DNA of 64,000 bases from an uncultured delta proteobacterium (GCA_963713045.1 CAVQKE010000005.1:288001-352000); one strand, 5' to 3'. Shown: positions 33,979-45,287, counted from the stretch's first letter. The notes: generated from the sequence alone by a model not told the origin. Numbers and translations: made by a program.

Positions 33979-34429
33979 TCGCCGAGGCTGTCGAGGACTA
34001 TCTGCACCCTTCATGACCGGGGCGGCAGTCAAACCGGCCCGCCTCGGTGAGGTCCTGGGCAACTTTGTTGAGGATGAAAGTGGCCCGTTAGGAGTATCTG
34101 TCGTACCGCATTGTCAGTTGATTCCCGGGCAGTGCAGGACCCCTTAAGGCCGAGGCGGTCGATGCTGCCCTTTGGGGCACGGCTTGCTTCAGATATCCGC
34201 ATGAGCCCTTTCGTGTGGCTACTCGCCCTCACAGTCACTGCAAATCCCCGGCGGACAGTCTCGCTGTCGGATGTCCTGAGGCTTGATGGGGTTGCCTTTC
34301 GCTGGAGGACGATTCCTGCGACGAAATACGGGCAGTGTTTTGGTCCATCGCCCTGGCCTGTTGGCGTAAGAGACGGGGCATGGTCCCGACATAAATAAAT
34401 CACTAGCACCATTATGGATTCTTCGCCTT

Positions 34430-34864
34430 ATGCTTCTATGGCTGACAATTCTGTATGGTAGCGCCCTCCTCCGAACTTTGTATTTTCGACCGGTTCAAGG
34501 GGACGTAGCCGCCGAGGAATACCGAGCCACTGCTTTGCTACTGCGCAGTGGCCTGGCACTTTCATATTTCTTAGCTAAAATATTTATGCTCTTTGGGACC
34601 CTGAGCGGCGTGGTTGGGGCTATACTGCTAGTTCTTCGTAAGAATGCGGGGTTCTTGCTATTGGTCGTTGCCTTTCCACTCCTCTGCCTTGCCGCGCGAT
34701 ACAACACACCAGAACAGGGGTATCCGGATCTTCAAGACGTCGATGCGTCGCTGCTCTGGTATTGCAGCTGTGCTTGGTGGGGAGCGGTGATTATCTATGC
34801 TCGGCTTCAGCGGCGCGTCTTATTTTGCGGATCGGACGGGGCAGAGCAGGGATACGCAAGGTGA
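34430..34864 (+). CDS. Hypothetical membrane protein in lower-GC DNA
   Basis: 144 aa with about 4 hydrophobic segments, and visibly more AT-rich than its neighbours. Confidence 0.55.
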   Translation: MLLWLTILYGSALLRTLYFRPVQGDVAAEEYRATALLLRSGLALSYFLAKIFMLFGTLSGVVGAILLVLRKNAGFLLLVVAFPLLCLAARYNTPEQGYPDLQDVDASLLWYCSCAWWGAVIIYARLQRRVLFCGSDGAEQGYAR

Positions 34865-34933
34865 GGCTCATAGCGTGACAGGCCACCGCCACGTCCCGAA
34901 GTCCAGTCGGTGGTGAGGCGTCCTTCCGTGGCC

Positions 34934-36295
34934 TCACCGGGTGTGGGAAGCAAGCAGAGGCAGGAGCTTGTCGCTGGTCCACTCCTCTGGGATGCCGGCT
35001 CGGGCGCCCTGAAGCGCCGTCACCCATGCCTTCCCCAGCACCGGCTCGACGGCGCCGCGAGCATAGACGGTGAGGCCGGGCTCGCTCGCCCCTCCTTCCT
35101 GGATGACCCCGTAGAGAAAGTGGCACCCGACCACCTCGCCAGCGAGCGGACTTTCCGTGTGGCGGACGCGCGCACCGTCGGGGCACCACACGTCGGGGGT
35201 GAAGCCAGTGGCGGCCAAGTCCTTGCTGTAGCGGTTCCACTCGGCGAAGTAGGCGCGCTCTGCAGTCAGCAGCCCGCGCATTCCAACCCGCGCCTCCTCC
35301 ACAAGAGAATTCGCGGTGGGTGCACGTGCCTGGACGACGGCGACGAGGTTGCGCTGAACCACATATCCGGCAACCAGTGCCGCCAGGCCGGCAACAATCG
35401 CCGCCACCGCCAGGATTTGCCTCCGTCGTGGTCGCCAGTGGGGAGCGCGGAGCCAGCGCAGGGCCGCTTCGGCCGTCGAGAAGCGGTCGGCTCTCTTGGG
35501 GGCCGTCAGCCGAGCCAAGAATTCGTTCTGCTTGGGAGAGAGGGAAGCCACCCTCCCAAACGCCAAGTGCATGCCGTCGAGGAGAAACGCGGACGGCGCC
35601 CTCCCGGTGGAGGCGTGCAGCAGTGAAGCTCCCAGCGCGTGGAGGTCGCTCGACTCGTCAATGGTCCCGCCCAGCTGCTCGGGAGGCATGTAGCCAACGG
35701 TGCCCACCATGGTGGAGCCGAAAGTCACGGCCTGCTCGAGTTGCCGGGCCGAGCCGAAATCCACCAGCACCAGCTCGCCGTTGCTGCGAAAGACAAGGTT
35801 CTCCGGTTTGATGTCCCGGTGAATGAGTCTTGGGCTGCGCGAGTGCAAAGCGATAAGCGTCTCCAACACCTGGGTGGCGACGTCATCGAAGGCCGCGCCA
35901 AGCAGTGGCTCGCGAGCGAGCCGCGCCAAGAGGGACTCTCCTTCGATGAATTCCTGCACCAGGTAAAGGCGGGTGTCGATGCCCTCGCCGACACTGAAGG
36001 CCGCGATGAAGCGGGGCGTGCGCCGCATGTGAAGGGCCTGCAGAACGGCCGCCTCACGGTAGAAGGCATCGAGTTGCTGAACGCTGGGCACCACCGAATA
36101 GAGCAACTCTTTAAGGGCCACCCGCGTCCCATCCGCTGACCGCCCGGCGTAAACCCGCGAATGCGGGTGCTGCGCCAGTGTCCTCTCCACCCGGTAGTCC
36201 TTCACCCGCTGTGCACAGCCGCAGGACGCACAGCGGCACAGGGGCAGCAGCAGCCCACCACATTGCGCACAGCTTGCTTGAACGGCGCTGTCCAT
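34934..36295 (-). CDS. Ser/Thr kinase with N-terminal Cys-rich ribbon, TM helix and C-terminal type IV pilin-like domain
   Basis: 'CAQCG..CRCASCG', 'VALKEL', 'HRDIKPEN', 'DFG' and 'GTVGYMPPEQ', then 'EEARVGMRGLLTAERAYFAEWNRYS..TGFTPD'. Confidence 0.8.
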   Translation of the reverse strand: MDSAVQASCAQCGGLLLPLCRCASCGCAQRVKDYRVERTLAQHPHSRVYAGRSADGTRVALKELLYSVVPSVQQLDAFYREAAVLQALHMRRTPRFIAAFSVGEGIDTRLYLVQEFIEGESLLARLAREPLLGAAFDDVATQVLETLIALHSRSPRLIHRDIKPENLVFRSNGELVLVDFGSARQLEQAVTFGSTMVGTVGYMPPEQLGGTIDESSDLHALGASLLHASTGRAPSAFLLDGMHLAFGRVASLSPKQNEFLARLTAPKRADRFSTAEAALRWLRAPHWRPRRRQILAVAAIVAGLAALVAGYVVQRNLVAVVQARAPTANSLVEEARVGMRGLLTAERAYFAEWNRYSKDLAATGFTPDVWCPDGARVRHTESPLAGEVVGCHFLYGVIQEGGASEPGLTVYARGAVEPVLGKAWVTALQGARAGIPEEWTSDKLLPLLASHTR

Positions 36296-36398
36296 CGCCC
36301 CCGAAGCAGTTTAGCGCACGGGCGCCGAGATTCAGGACATCCACAGGTAAGGAGAGGTGGCCGAGCGGCCCCGGCTTCTGCTACGAGATTGCGCCGCC

Positions 36399-37703
<1,305 letters not shown>

Positions 37704-37731
37704 GGCCGGTCGCTTCGCCCTTGACGAGGTT

Positions 37732-38292
37732 TCAGGGCTTCATGTTTTTCGGCAGCTGGTCGAGAAGGTCCGCCAAGTCATCGGCGTGGTCCTCCTCGTC
37801 CTTCTGAATCTCCTCCACCATCCGGCGGCTGGTGGTGTCGAAGGCGGCGAAGTAGGCGGCGATTTCCCGGTAGCTGTCGATGGCGATGCGCTCGGCCACC
37901 AAGTCCTCCTGAAGCATCTGCGCCACCGTCTCCCCTTCCCGGTATTCGGAATGGCTGCGCGAGGCGAGCCCGTCCGGCGAGAAGTTGGGCGCGCCGCCCA
38001 GCTGCACGATGCGTTCCGCAATGCGGTCCGCGTGCCGCTCCTCGTCCTTTGCGTGCTCGAGAAATTCTGCCTTCACCGGCCCGGCGTGGATGCCCTTGGC
38101 CATGAAGTAGTGCCGCTTGTAGCGGAGGATGCAGACAATTTCCGTCGCCAAAGCGTCGTTGAGGACCTTGCAGGCGGTGACCGGGTCTCCGGCGTAACCT
38201 TCGGTCACGGCCCCTTCAGCAATGTGCTGCCGCGCCCGTTTGCGCAGCGTCTGGACGTCGGTGAGAAACGGCTTGTCAAGCTTGCTGGCCAT
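37732..38292 (-). CDS. Bacterioferritin-like / ferritin-like diiron protein
   Basis: Motifs 'ALATEIVCILRY', 'EHAKDEERHADRIAERIVQLGG', 'EDLVAERIAI' and 'DEEDHADDL'. Confidence 0.9.
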   Translation of the reverse strand: MASKLDKPFLTDVQTLRKRARQHIAEGAVTEGYAGDPVTACKVLNDALATEIVCILRYKRHYFMAKGIHAGPVKAEFLEHAKDEERHADRIAERIVQLGGAPNFSPDGLASRSHSEYREGETVAQMLQEDLVAERIAIDSYREIAAYFAAFDTTSRRMVEEIQKDEEDHADDLADLLDQLPKNMKP

Positions 38293-38334
38293 GGCGGTGG
38301 GGTGCCTTTCCTTGGGACTTCAGGGTGAGGGGGC

Positions 38335-38709
38335 CTACGACGCGTTGCGCGACGTCGACTCGCCCAACACAAGGTAGAGCAGCGCCCGCGTCACGCCAAT
38401 CACCAGGGCCCCCCAGAAGGCCGGGCCGAAGCCCGCCACCTGGAAGTGAAAGCCCAACGACTGGGACAGCTGCGCGGTCAGCCACAGCAGAAACGCATTC
38501 ACCACCAGGGCAAACAGTCCCAAGGTGAGGATGGTGAGCGGCAGGGTGAAAAGCTTCACCAGGGTGCCGATGAAGGCGTTGACCACGCCGAAGACGAGGG
38601 CCACCCCCAACAGGGCCACCGGGGTACCACTGTAGTGGATGCCCGGCACCACCTGGGTGGCCACCCACAGCGCCACGGCGGTGATGAGTAACCGAAGTAG
38701 AAACACCAC
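38335..38709 (-). CDS. YvlD-like 4-TM membrane protein (phage holin superfamily IV)
   Basis: Motif 'LFTLPLTILTLGLFALVVNAFLLWL'. Confidence 0.85.
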   Translation of the reverse strand: MVFLLRLLITAVALWVATQVVPGIHYSGTPVALLGVALVFGVVNAFIGTLVKLFTLPLTILTLGLFALVVNAFLLWLTAQLSQSLGFHFQVAGFGPAFWGALVIGVTRALLYLVLGESTSRNAS

Positions 38710-38825
38710 GCGCCGCGCACCTCGCGAAAAAAAGGGAGCCGACAAGGGTCCCCTGGCGGCGCGTTCTCGCACAGCCCGGGGGTGGCGTGCACCTGCCTTT
38801 TCACCGCCCCCACGGCTGGGGCGAC

Positions 38826-40574
38826 TTAGGCGGTGGTGGGGTCCAGCCGTTCAAGGCCCTTGCCCAGCCAACCGAGGGCCACTTGAATTTCCACGCCCAG
38901 CACCGCCGCCGCCGTGGCGCAGCCGACAGTTGAGGCAGCAGCCCCCAGGCCCGCCCAGCGCGCCGCGATGCCGATGGTGATGCCAACCACCCCGGCCGGC
39001 ACGAAGCCGACGAGAAACAGCAGCAGTGAGGCCCCCAGGTTGAGGAGCCGTCCCCCGGTGGCCTCCACCCCCCGCGGCGCTCGCTCCTCGTCATCCACCA
39101 ACAGACTGGGGAAGGTGACGGCGGCGGCATTTTGGACGACGAGGAGGGCTGTGGTGGCCACCGGCAACAGCAGCGCCAGGCCTGCCGCCCACGCCGCGCG
39201 CGACGCCAGTGGGAACCCCCGCACGGGGCTGGCCGCCGACAGCAGCAGCGCCAAGAGGAGGAGGGCTACTTCGGTGACGCCCAGCAGCAGCGCCGGCGCC
39301 AGCAGCTCACCCCGCACCACCTGCAGCCCACTCAGCGGAAGCGTCCGCAGGACGTCCAGCCGGCGGAGGTCCGCCCGCAAGTCCGTCCGCGTGGTGAGGG
39401 GGCCGAAGAAGAAGGTGAAGCCGGCGAAGAGGAGGGCCAACACGGCCGCCAACAGTCGCCAGTCCCCGGCGTGCCTGCGTTGCAGCATGGCCCACACGCT
39501 GAGACTGCTGCCCAGCCCCAAGGCCACCACCAGCACGCCCAAGGAAGCGCCGTACATGCGGCGCAGCGCCGCCCAATTCTTCCAGGCAAGCGCCACTTCC
39601 GGCCGCCCGGTGGGGCGGAGCGGCGGAAGGGACGTCACCCGTGGCAGCGAGAGGCCGCGACGCTGTCGGCGGGCTTGCAGGCGTGCGCGGCGCTCGGCCG
39701 AGGCCAGCGCTGCCTCCTCCACCGGTACGTCCAACAGCAGCACCGCAACCAACACCGCCGCCGCCAACAGGGCCAGCACCCCCAAGGAGGGCAGCGCGTC
39801 CTTGAAAGTGGGCGCCGAGACGCTGTGGAAAAAGGCCCAGGCGGGCACCAGGGCCCAAGACACCGCTGGCGCCTCGGCCAGCCTCCCCAGCCAGGCCGTG
39901 GCCTCAGCGAGGAAGGCCGAGAAGTCGAGCCCCAGCTTCGGCGGCAGCCCGGCGGTGCGCAGCCCAAGCCCGACGATGAGGGCGAAGGCACAGGCCAGCG
40001 TTGCGCCGACGAGGGCGCGTCGCTGGGGAGAGGTCCCCGCCTGATGCCAGCCGACGCGCACCAGCGAAGCGAAGGCCGAGTGCAGCCACACCAAAGCAAA
40101 GCCCAGCGACGTCGCCAGCACCAAGGGAAGCGGCGCGGCGGCCAACCCGCGGCGGAAGAGAAGCGTCACCAGCACCGCACTCAACAGCGTCCGCAAAAGC
40201 CCCACCGCCACCTTGTAGCGCACCACCTGGCGCCGGCTGACGGGGCCGCTCAGCAGCCACGTCACCTCCGCCTCATTAAAAGAAAACGACAGCCTGTCCT
40301 GCCCCAGCGTCCAGCTGGAAAAAACGGCCGCCGCCCCCAGCACCGTCATCCCCAGTTCGAGCAGCAACTGCACCGCGGCGCTGGCCTGCGCCGGCAGGAG
40401 CCCACCGCCCCCGTGGCTGCGGAAGGCCCCGCGCACCAAAAAACTCCACAGGTACAAGAGAAGGGCAGCGGCGCCGACCAGGTAGCGCGGCTCGCGTAGC
40501 TTGCGCAGCGCCTGGCGCACCCGGTTTCGGGCCGAGGCCGCCACCAGGTAAGCGCCGGCGCGAGGAAGGCTCAC
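38826..40574 (-). CDS. Putative ABC exporter permease
   Basis: Multi-TM protein with 'FNEAEVTWLLSGPVSRRQVVRYK' and 'DLRADLRRLDVLRTLPL', coupled to the ATPase gene. Confidence 0.8.
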   Translation of the reverse strand: MSLPRAGAYLVAASARNRVRQALRKLREPRYLVGAAALLLYLWSFLVRGAFRSHGGGGLLPAQASAAVQLLLELGMTVLGAAAVFSSWTLGQDRLSFSFNEAEVTWLLSGPVSRRQVVRYKVAVGLLRTLLSAVLVTLLFRRGLAAAPLPLVLATSLGFALVWLHSAFASLVRVGWHQAGTSPQRRALVGATLACAFALIVGLGLRTAGLPPKLGLDFSAFLAEATAWLGRLAEAPAVSWALVPAWAFFHSVSAPTFKDALPSLGVLALLAAAVLVAVLLLDVPVEEAALASAERRARLQARRQRRGLSLPRVTSLPPLRPTGRPEVALAWKNWAALRRMYGASLGVLVVALGLGSSLSVWAMLQRRHAGDWRLLAAVLALLFAGFTFFFGPLTTRTDLRADLRRLDVLRTLPLSGLQVVRGELLAPALLLGVTEVALLLLALLLSAASPVRGFPLASRAAWAAGLALLLPVATTALLVVQNAAAVTFPSLLVDDEERAPRGVEATGGRLLNLGASLLLFLVGFVPAGVVGITIGIAARWAGLGAAASTVGCATAAAVLGVEIQVALGWLGKGLERLDPTTA

Positions 40575-41314
40575 CGGGCGCCTTCCCCGCCGGCGCCGGT
40601 GACGGCCAGAAACAAGTCCTCCAGCGAGCCGGAAGCGTCCCCCGCCTGGGCACGAATTTCGGCCACCGTCCCCAGCGCCACCGCACGTCCGTGGGCGAGA
40701 ATGAGGACGCGGCTACACAGCTCTTCCACCAGCGGCAAGAGGTGAGAGGAAAGCACCAGCGCGGCGCCCGACTCCGCGCGCCGGCGCAGTGCCTCTTTCA
40801 TCCGGCGAATGCCCAAGGGGTCCAGTCCCGTCAGCGGCTCGTCCAGCAGCACCAGGGCTGGCCGGTGAAGAAAGCCGCAGGCAATGGACAGCTTCTGCTT
40901 CATTCCTCGGGACAACTCCCCCGGGAGGGCGGATTCTTTGCCGTCGAGTTCAAAGCTTTCCAAGAGGACCCGTCCCTCGGTCTCCCAGTCCGCCACCTGG
41001 TAAAGGCGCGCCGTGAAGTTGAGGTGTTCCCAGACGGTGAGGTATTCAAAGAGGCGGGGCTCATCCGGCAGGTAGGCCAGGGCCCGCTTGGCGGCCACTG
41101 CATCCTTCTGCACGTCATGTCCGCCGATGCGCACCACGCCCGCGGTGGGAGGAAGAATGCCGGCCACGCAGCGCAAGGTGGTGGTTTTCCCGGCGCCGTT
41201 GGGGCCCACCAGCCCCAGCACTTCGCCCGCGGCCACGCGAAAATCCAACCCCTGCACGGCGCGGAAGTCGCCGTAGCTGCGGCTCAGCCCCTCCACCTCA
41301 AGCGCCCACGTCAT
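40571..41314 (-). CDS. ABC transporter ATP-binding protein
   Basis: Motifs 'GPNGAGKTT', 'LSRGMKQK', 'LLDEPLTGLDP' and 'SSH'. Confidence 0.95.
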   Translation of the reverse strand: MTWALEVEGLSRSYGDFRAVQGLDFRVAAGEVLGLVGPNGAGKTTTLRCVAGILPPTAGVVRIGGHDVQKDAVAAKRALAYLPDEPRLFEYLTVWEHLNFTARLYQVADWETEGRVLLESFELDGKESALPGELSRGMKQKLSIACGFLHRPALVLLDEPLTGLDPLGIRRMKEALRRRAESGAALVLSSHLLPLVEELCSRVLILAHGRAVALGTVAEIRAQAGDASGSLEDLFLAVTGAGGEGAR

Positions 41315-41694
41315 GGCAGCCCGAGCAGGCCCCTCAGCGCGGAGGACACCCGCCCGGCGTGAATCGGCTTGAGGAGGCAGGCGTTGGCCCCCAGCGCCAT
41401 GGCCCGCGAGCGGTCTGTCTCGCCAGCCTCGGTGGTGACGACCAGGATGGGGACGTCCGGACGCCGCTCGCCGGCGCGAATGTGGTGGATAAGCTTCAGC
41501 CCGTCCACCAGCGGCATATTCAAGTCGGTGACGACGACGTCGTATTCCGCCTCGGAGAAGCGCTTCAGCCCTTCGGCGCCATCCTCCGCCTCGTCACAGG
41601 CCGCGGCGCCCAGCGTTTGAAGCACGGCCACCAGCCGCCGGCGCATGGCCAGCGAGTCGTCCACCACCAGCGCGCGGAAGCCGACTGTCACCAA
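41311..41694 (-). CDS. cheY: CheY-like single-domain response regulator
   Basis: Motifs 'LVVDDS', 'TDLNMP', 'VTTE' and 'LLKP'. Confidence 0.88.
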   Translation of the reverse strand: MVTVGFRALVVDDSLAMRRRLVAVLQTLGAAACDEAEDGAEGLKRFSEAEYDVVVTDLNMPLVDGLKLIHHIRAGERRPDVPILVVTTEAGETDRSRAMALGANACLLKPIHAGRVSSALRGLLGLP

Positions 41695-41707
41695 CGAAAG
41701 GCCGACT

Positions 41708-42181
41708 CTAGCCCTGTTGGGGCGCCAGGAGCGACTTCCGGTGCAGCAGCCAGAGGACGTCCAGAAGAAGGCAGGTGCCCGCTGGCTCCGTCCACACCGC
41801 CGTCACCCCGGGCGGCACCGCTTCGGCCGCGGCCGGCAGGCGCAGGTTGGCGACGGCCACCTGGGCCACCGCCCCCACTCCGTCGATGCAGAAGGCCACC
41901 CGACGCCGGCCCAGCCAGCACACCAACAGTCCCGGGCGGCCCCCCTTCACGGCGGGGCCCTCCGCCAGGCAGGCGCGCAAGTCCACCACTGGAAGGCGCT
42001 GGCCGCGAAAGGTGACGACGCCGCACACCGGCCCCACCCCATCGCCGGGGGATTCGGCTTTCTCCATCTCCGGCAGCACTTCGTCCACGCGGGCCAAGTC
42101 CACGGCGTAGCGCCCCCTGCCCACGGAGAAGGTAAACAGTTCGAGAAAGTCGCCTTGCGACGGCGTCGGCTCAGGATTCAC
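41708..42181 (-). CDS. cheW: CheW-like coupling protein
   Basis: Motifs 'FSVGRGRYAVDLARVDEV', 'GVVTFRGQRLPVVDLR' and 'IDGV'. Confidence 0.85.
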   Translation of the reverse strand: MNPEPTPSQGDFLELFTFSVGRGRYAVDLARVDEVLPEMEKAESPGDGVGPVCGVVTFRGQRLPVVDLRACLAEGPAVKGGRPGLLVCWLGRRRVAFCIDGVGAVAQVAVANLRLPAAAEAVPPGVTAVWTEPAGTCLLLDVLWLLHRKSLLAPQQG

Positions 42182-42756
42182 CACAGCGCCCACTCCAGCT
42201 CCAACATCAGCAGTGGCTGCGTCCCCACCGCAGCGCGGCCCGCCACGGGGCCAGCGCCCGGCACGGCCTCAATGCTGCTGGGCGCCAGCCGCACCACGTC
42301 CCGCACGCAGTCCACCCACAGGCCGGCCGGGCCGGCCGGGGTGCGGGCGACGAGAATGCGCGCTGCGCGGGGCACCACCTCGCACTCCCCCTCCGGTCCC
42401 GCCACCTTGTGCAATTCGGTGCGGATGCCAAGGTCGAAGCCCAAGTCGTAGACCGGCGTCACGGTGCCCCGGAGGTCCAGCACGCCCAGCAGCGGCGCGG
42501 TGGCGCGGGGAATTTCCACCAACCGGCGCGCCCGAAGAATTTCCTGCACCGCCCCCAGTGGCACCGCGTACGTCGCCCCACTCAACTCGAAGGACAGGTA
42601 CTCCCCCAAGGCCTCCTCGGCCGGCGCTGGTGTCACCGGCCCAGCTTCGGCGGGGGGAAGCAGCAGCGAGGAGACGTCCTCGTCGGCGTGGTAGCGAAAG
42701 GCCGCCAGGCGCTCGGCCAACGTCGTACGCCGTGGGGCGCGGGGCAGCTGACTCAT
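42178..42756 (-). CDS. cheW: CheW-like coupling protein
   Basis: Motifs 'YLSFELSGATYAVPL', 'GVLDLRGTVTPVYDL' and 'GLWVDCVRDV'. Confidence 0.88.
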   Translation of the reverse strand: MSQLPRAPRRTTLAERLAAFRYHADEDVSSLLLPPAEAGPVTPAPAEEALGEYLSFELSGATYAVPLGAVQEILRARRLVEIPRATAPLLGVLDLRGTVTPVYDLGFDLGIRTELHKVAGPEGECEVVPRAARILVARTPAGPAGLWVDCVRDVVRLAPSSIEAVPGAGPVAGRAAVGTQPLLMLELEWALW

Positions 42757-44828
42757 TCCGGTAGGGCTGAGCGCTCGACGCCCGGGGCCGCGCCCAACGC
42801 CTCGCCAATGAGGGCTGCCACGTCCAACACCAGCACCGTCCGCCGGTTGCCGAGGTCCGCCACCCCGGCGATGCCCTCCACCCGGGACAGGCGCTCGCCC
42901 AATGGCTTGGTCACCATGTCCGCTTGGCCGAGAAGCTCGTCCACGGCCAGGCCCAGGCGCTCCTGGGCCAGGCCGAGCACCACCACATTCCTTTTGGGGA
43001 GGTCCACCTCCGGCAAGCGAAAGAGGCGGGCCAGCCGCACCAGCGGCAGGGAAGTGCCGCGCAGGGAAATGGACTCGCGTCCTCCGCGCGTCACCACCCC
43101 GTCCGGGCCCAGCGCGAGAATCTCCACCACGCCGTTGAGGGGAATGGCGTAGGTGCGCCCACTCACCCTCACCATCAGGCCGCGCACCATGGCCAGGGTC
43201 AGGGGCAGGGTGAGGCGGAAGCAGGTGCCGAGGCCAGCCACCGACTCGATGTCAATGACGCCAGACAGCCGGGCCAAGTTGGTGTGGACGACGTCCAGGC
43301 CCACGCCGCGGCCGGAGAGAGGGCCAACGCTGGGGGCGGTGGAGAACCCGGGGGCGAAGAGGAGGCGGTGCAAGGCGCGGGGGGAGATGGTGTCGGCTTG
43401 CTCCGGCGCAAGGAGGCCCCGCTGCACCGCCACCTGCCGCACCCGCGCGCTATTCACCCCCCGCCCATCGTCGCGAACTTCAATCACGACGTGGGCTCCG
43501 GCCGGCCGGGCGGTCAACGTGAGGCGGCCGAGCCGAGGCTTGGCCAGCTGCTCTCGCTCGGCCGGCGCTTCAATGCCGTGGTCAATGGCGTTGCGCAACA
43601 GGTGCATCAACGGGTCGGAGAGTTCCTCCACAATCAGTTTGTCCAGCTCCACCTCCGCCCCGCGGGTCACCAACTCCAACTCCTTGCCAGCCTCGCGCGC
43701 CACCCGGCGGACCAGCCGCTGCAGCCGCTCAAACACCTGGGCCAGCGGCACCATGCGCGACTGGAGAAGTCCGGACTGAAGCGCATCCAAGCGCCGCGCC
43801 ATTTGCCGCTGGTCCTTCAGCAAGTCCGCGCCGAAGGCCCGCGGCAACTGAAGGACGCCCGGGGCCGACGCGCCGTCGGCCAGCCGCTGCAGGTTGGCGG
43901 CAATCAGCCGCAGCTCGCCCACCGCATTCATCATCTCGTCCAGCCGCTCAATGTCCACCCGCACTGTCCGGCGGGAAGGGGGCTGCGGCGCCTCGGCCTC
44001 GGCTGGCGCGAGAGCAGCCTCCGGCTCGACCGGCGGCTGCTGGCGCCCAGCCAACTCGGCCAGGTCCACCCGCGCCCGGCGCTTGCGCAGGGGCACCGCC
44101 GACAACTGGCCGGTGTCTGGGGCCAACGCCTCCAAAAGCCTTTCCTCGCCGGCGGCGGAACCGAGGAGCAATTCAAAGCAAATGGCCGCGGCATCATCCA
44201 CCGCATGGCCAGGCAGCGTGGCGATGACTTCCGCCAGCGGCGCCAGGCGCTCCACCAGCGCCGGCAGCCGCTGGTCAAAGTCCTCCAGCGCCCAGCGGAC
44301 GTTGAGGCGCCACACCAGGGCGCGCCGGCGCAAGGTTTCCCGCAGCCGATGCTCCTCGTATTCAGTCAGGACAGCGCGCACCTCCGGGGTGAGGTCCAAT
44401 CGTCCGAGGACGTCCGCGCTGACGCGCTCCGGGGCCTGGCTCAGTTGTCGAAGGCGGTTGAGGAGGGCATCGGCGGCGCGAAGCAGGTGGGCGTCCACGC
44501 CGGACTCGGCAGCGGAGGCCAGCCGCTGCAGCAGCTCCACCGACTCGCTGAGGGCATCCATCACCGGCTCCCGCAGCCGCAGCCGCCCGAGGCGCAAGCG
44601 GTCGAGGAGGTCCTCCGCGGCGTGGGCCAGTTCCGCCATGGTGGCCTGGCCGTAGAGGGCGGCCAGGCCTTTCAGGCTGTGGGCATGGCGGAAAACGGCG
44701 TTGAGGACAGCCGGGGGCGGCTCACCGTCCTTTGGCGAGTCCAGCCGCACCAGCTCCCGGCCCAAGGCCTCGGCCGTCTCCACCGCTTCGGTGACGAAGT
44801 CGGCCAGTGGACGGTCGGTGGGGCTCAC
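42753..44828 (-). CDS. cheA: CheA histidine kinase
   Basis: Hpt 'FRHAHSLKG', N-box 'HLLRNAIDHGIE', 'DDGRG', 'FAPGFST', 'GRGVGLDVV' and a C-terminal CheW domain. Confidence 0.95.
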   Translation of the reverse strand: MSPTDRPLADFVTEAVETAEALGRELVRLDSPKDGEPPPAVLNAVFRHAHSLKGLAALYGQATMAELAHAAEDLLDRLRLGRLRLREPVMDALSESVELLQRLASAAESGVDAHLLRAADALLNRLRQLSQAPERVSADVLGRLDLTPEVRAVLTEYEEHRLRETLRRRALVWRLNVRWALEDFDQRLPALVERLAPLAEVIATLPGHAVDDAAAICFELLLGSAAGEERLLEALAPDTGQLSAVPLRKRRARVDLAELAGRQQPPVEPEAALAPAEAEAPQPPSRRTVRVDIERLDEMMNAVGELRLIAANLQRLADGASAPGVLQLPRAFGADLLKDQRQMARRLDALQSGLLQSRMVPLAQVFERLQRLVRRVAREAGKELELVTRGAEVELDKLIVEELSDPLMHLLRNAIDHGIEAPAEREQLAKPRLGRLTLTARPAGAHVVIEVRDDGRGVNSARVRQVAVQRGLLAPEQADTISPRALHRLLFAPGFSTAPSVGPLSGRGVGLDVVHTNLARLSGVIDIESVAGLGTCFRLTLPLTLAMVRGLMVRVSGRTYAIPLNGVVEILALGPDGVVTRGGRESISLRGTSLPLVRLARLFRLPEVDLPKRNVVVLGLAQERLGLAVDELLGQADMVTKPLGERLSRVEGIAGVADLGNRRTVLVLDVAALIGEALGAAPGVERSALPE

Positions 44829-45199
44829 GCGAGCTGGAGGTAGCGCCGCAGCAGCCCCACCAGGTCCTCCACCTTCACCGGCTTGACCAGGTATTCACTG
44901 GCCCCCAGCGCCAGGCCGCGCGCCCGGTCCTGCTCGCGCCCCTCCGCGGTGACAATGAAGAGGGGGGTGTGGCGGTAGTTGGGGTTTTTCTTGACGAAGT
45001 TAATCAGTTCCAGCCCGTTGATGTCCGGCATTTGAATGTCGGTGATGATGAGGTCGAACCGATGGAGGGGCAACAGCTTGAGCGCCTCGAAGCCCCGGTC
45101 GGTGGTGACCACCTCAACGCCGTCGAAGGACGTCACCGTGGTCGCCAGGTAGTCCCGCGACGCCTCGGAGTCCTCGACGATGAGAACCTTGTGCCCCAT
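44825..45199 (-). CDS. cheY: CheY-like single-domain response regulator
   Basis: Motifs 'LIVEDS', 'TDIQMPDINGLEL' and 'YLVKP'. Confidence 0.9.
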   Translation of the reverse strand: MGHKVLIVEDSEASRDYLATTVTSFDGVEVVTTDRGFEALKLLPLHRFDLIITDIQMPDINGLELINFVKKNPNYRHTPLFIVTAEGREQDRARGLALGASEYLVKPVKVEDLVGLLRRYLQLA

Positions 45200-45287
45200 T
45201 CCTCTTCACAGCCCAAATGCCCTGCCCCACGCTAGCAGACACCCGTCCCCGGTCGTAGGCACCCCGCCCCCAAGGGGGGCCAACCAC

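Noticed and set aside
38335..38709. Holin-family gene as a prophage marker
   Set aside because: YvlD-like genes are common chromosomal genes, and no other phage genes are nearby.
42924..44843. Long antisense or alternative-frame ORFs (639 aa here; also 52564-54159, 19803-21173, 54750-56210 and the 5' extension of ribE to 50402)
   Set aside because: They are shadow ORFs of well-supported genes in high-GC DNA, with no recognisable motifs.
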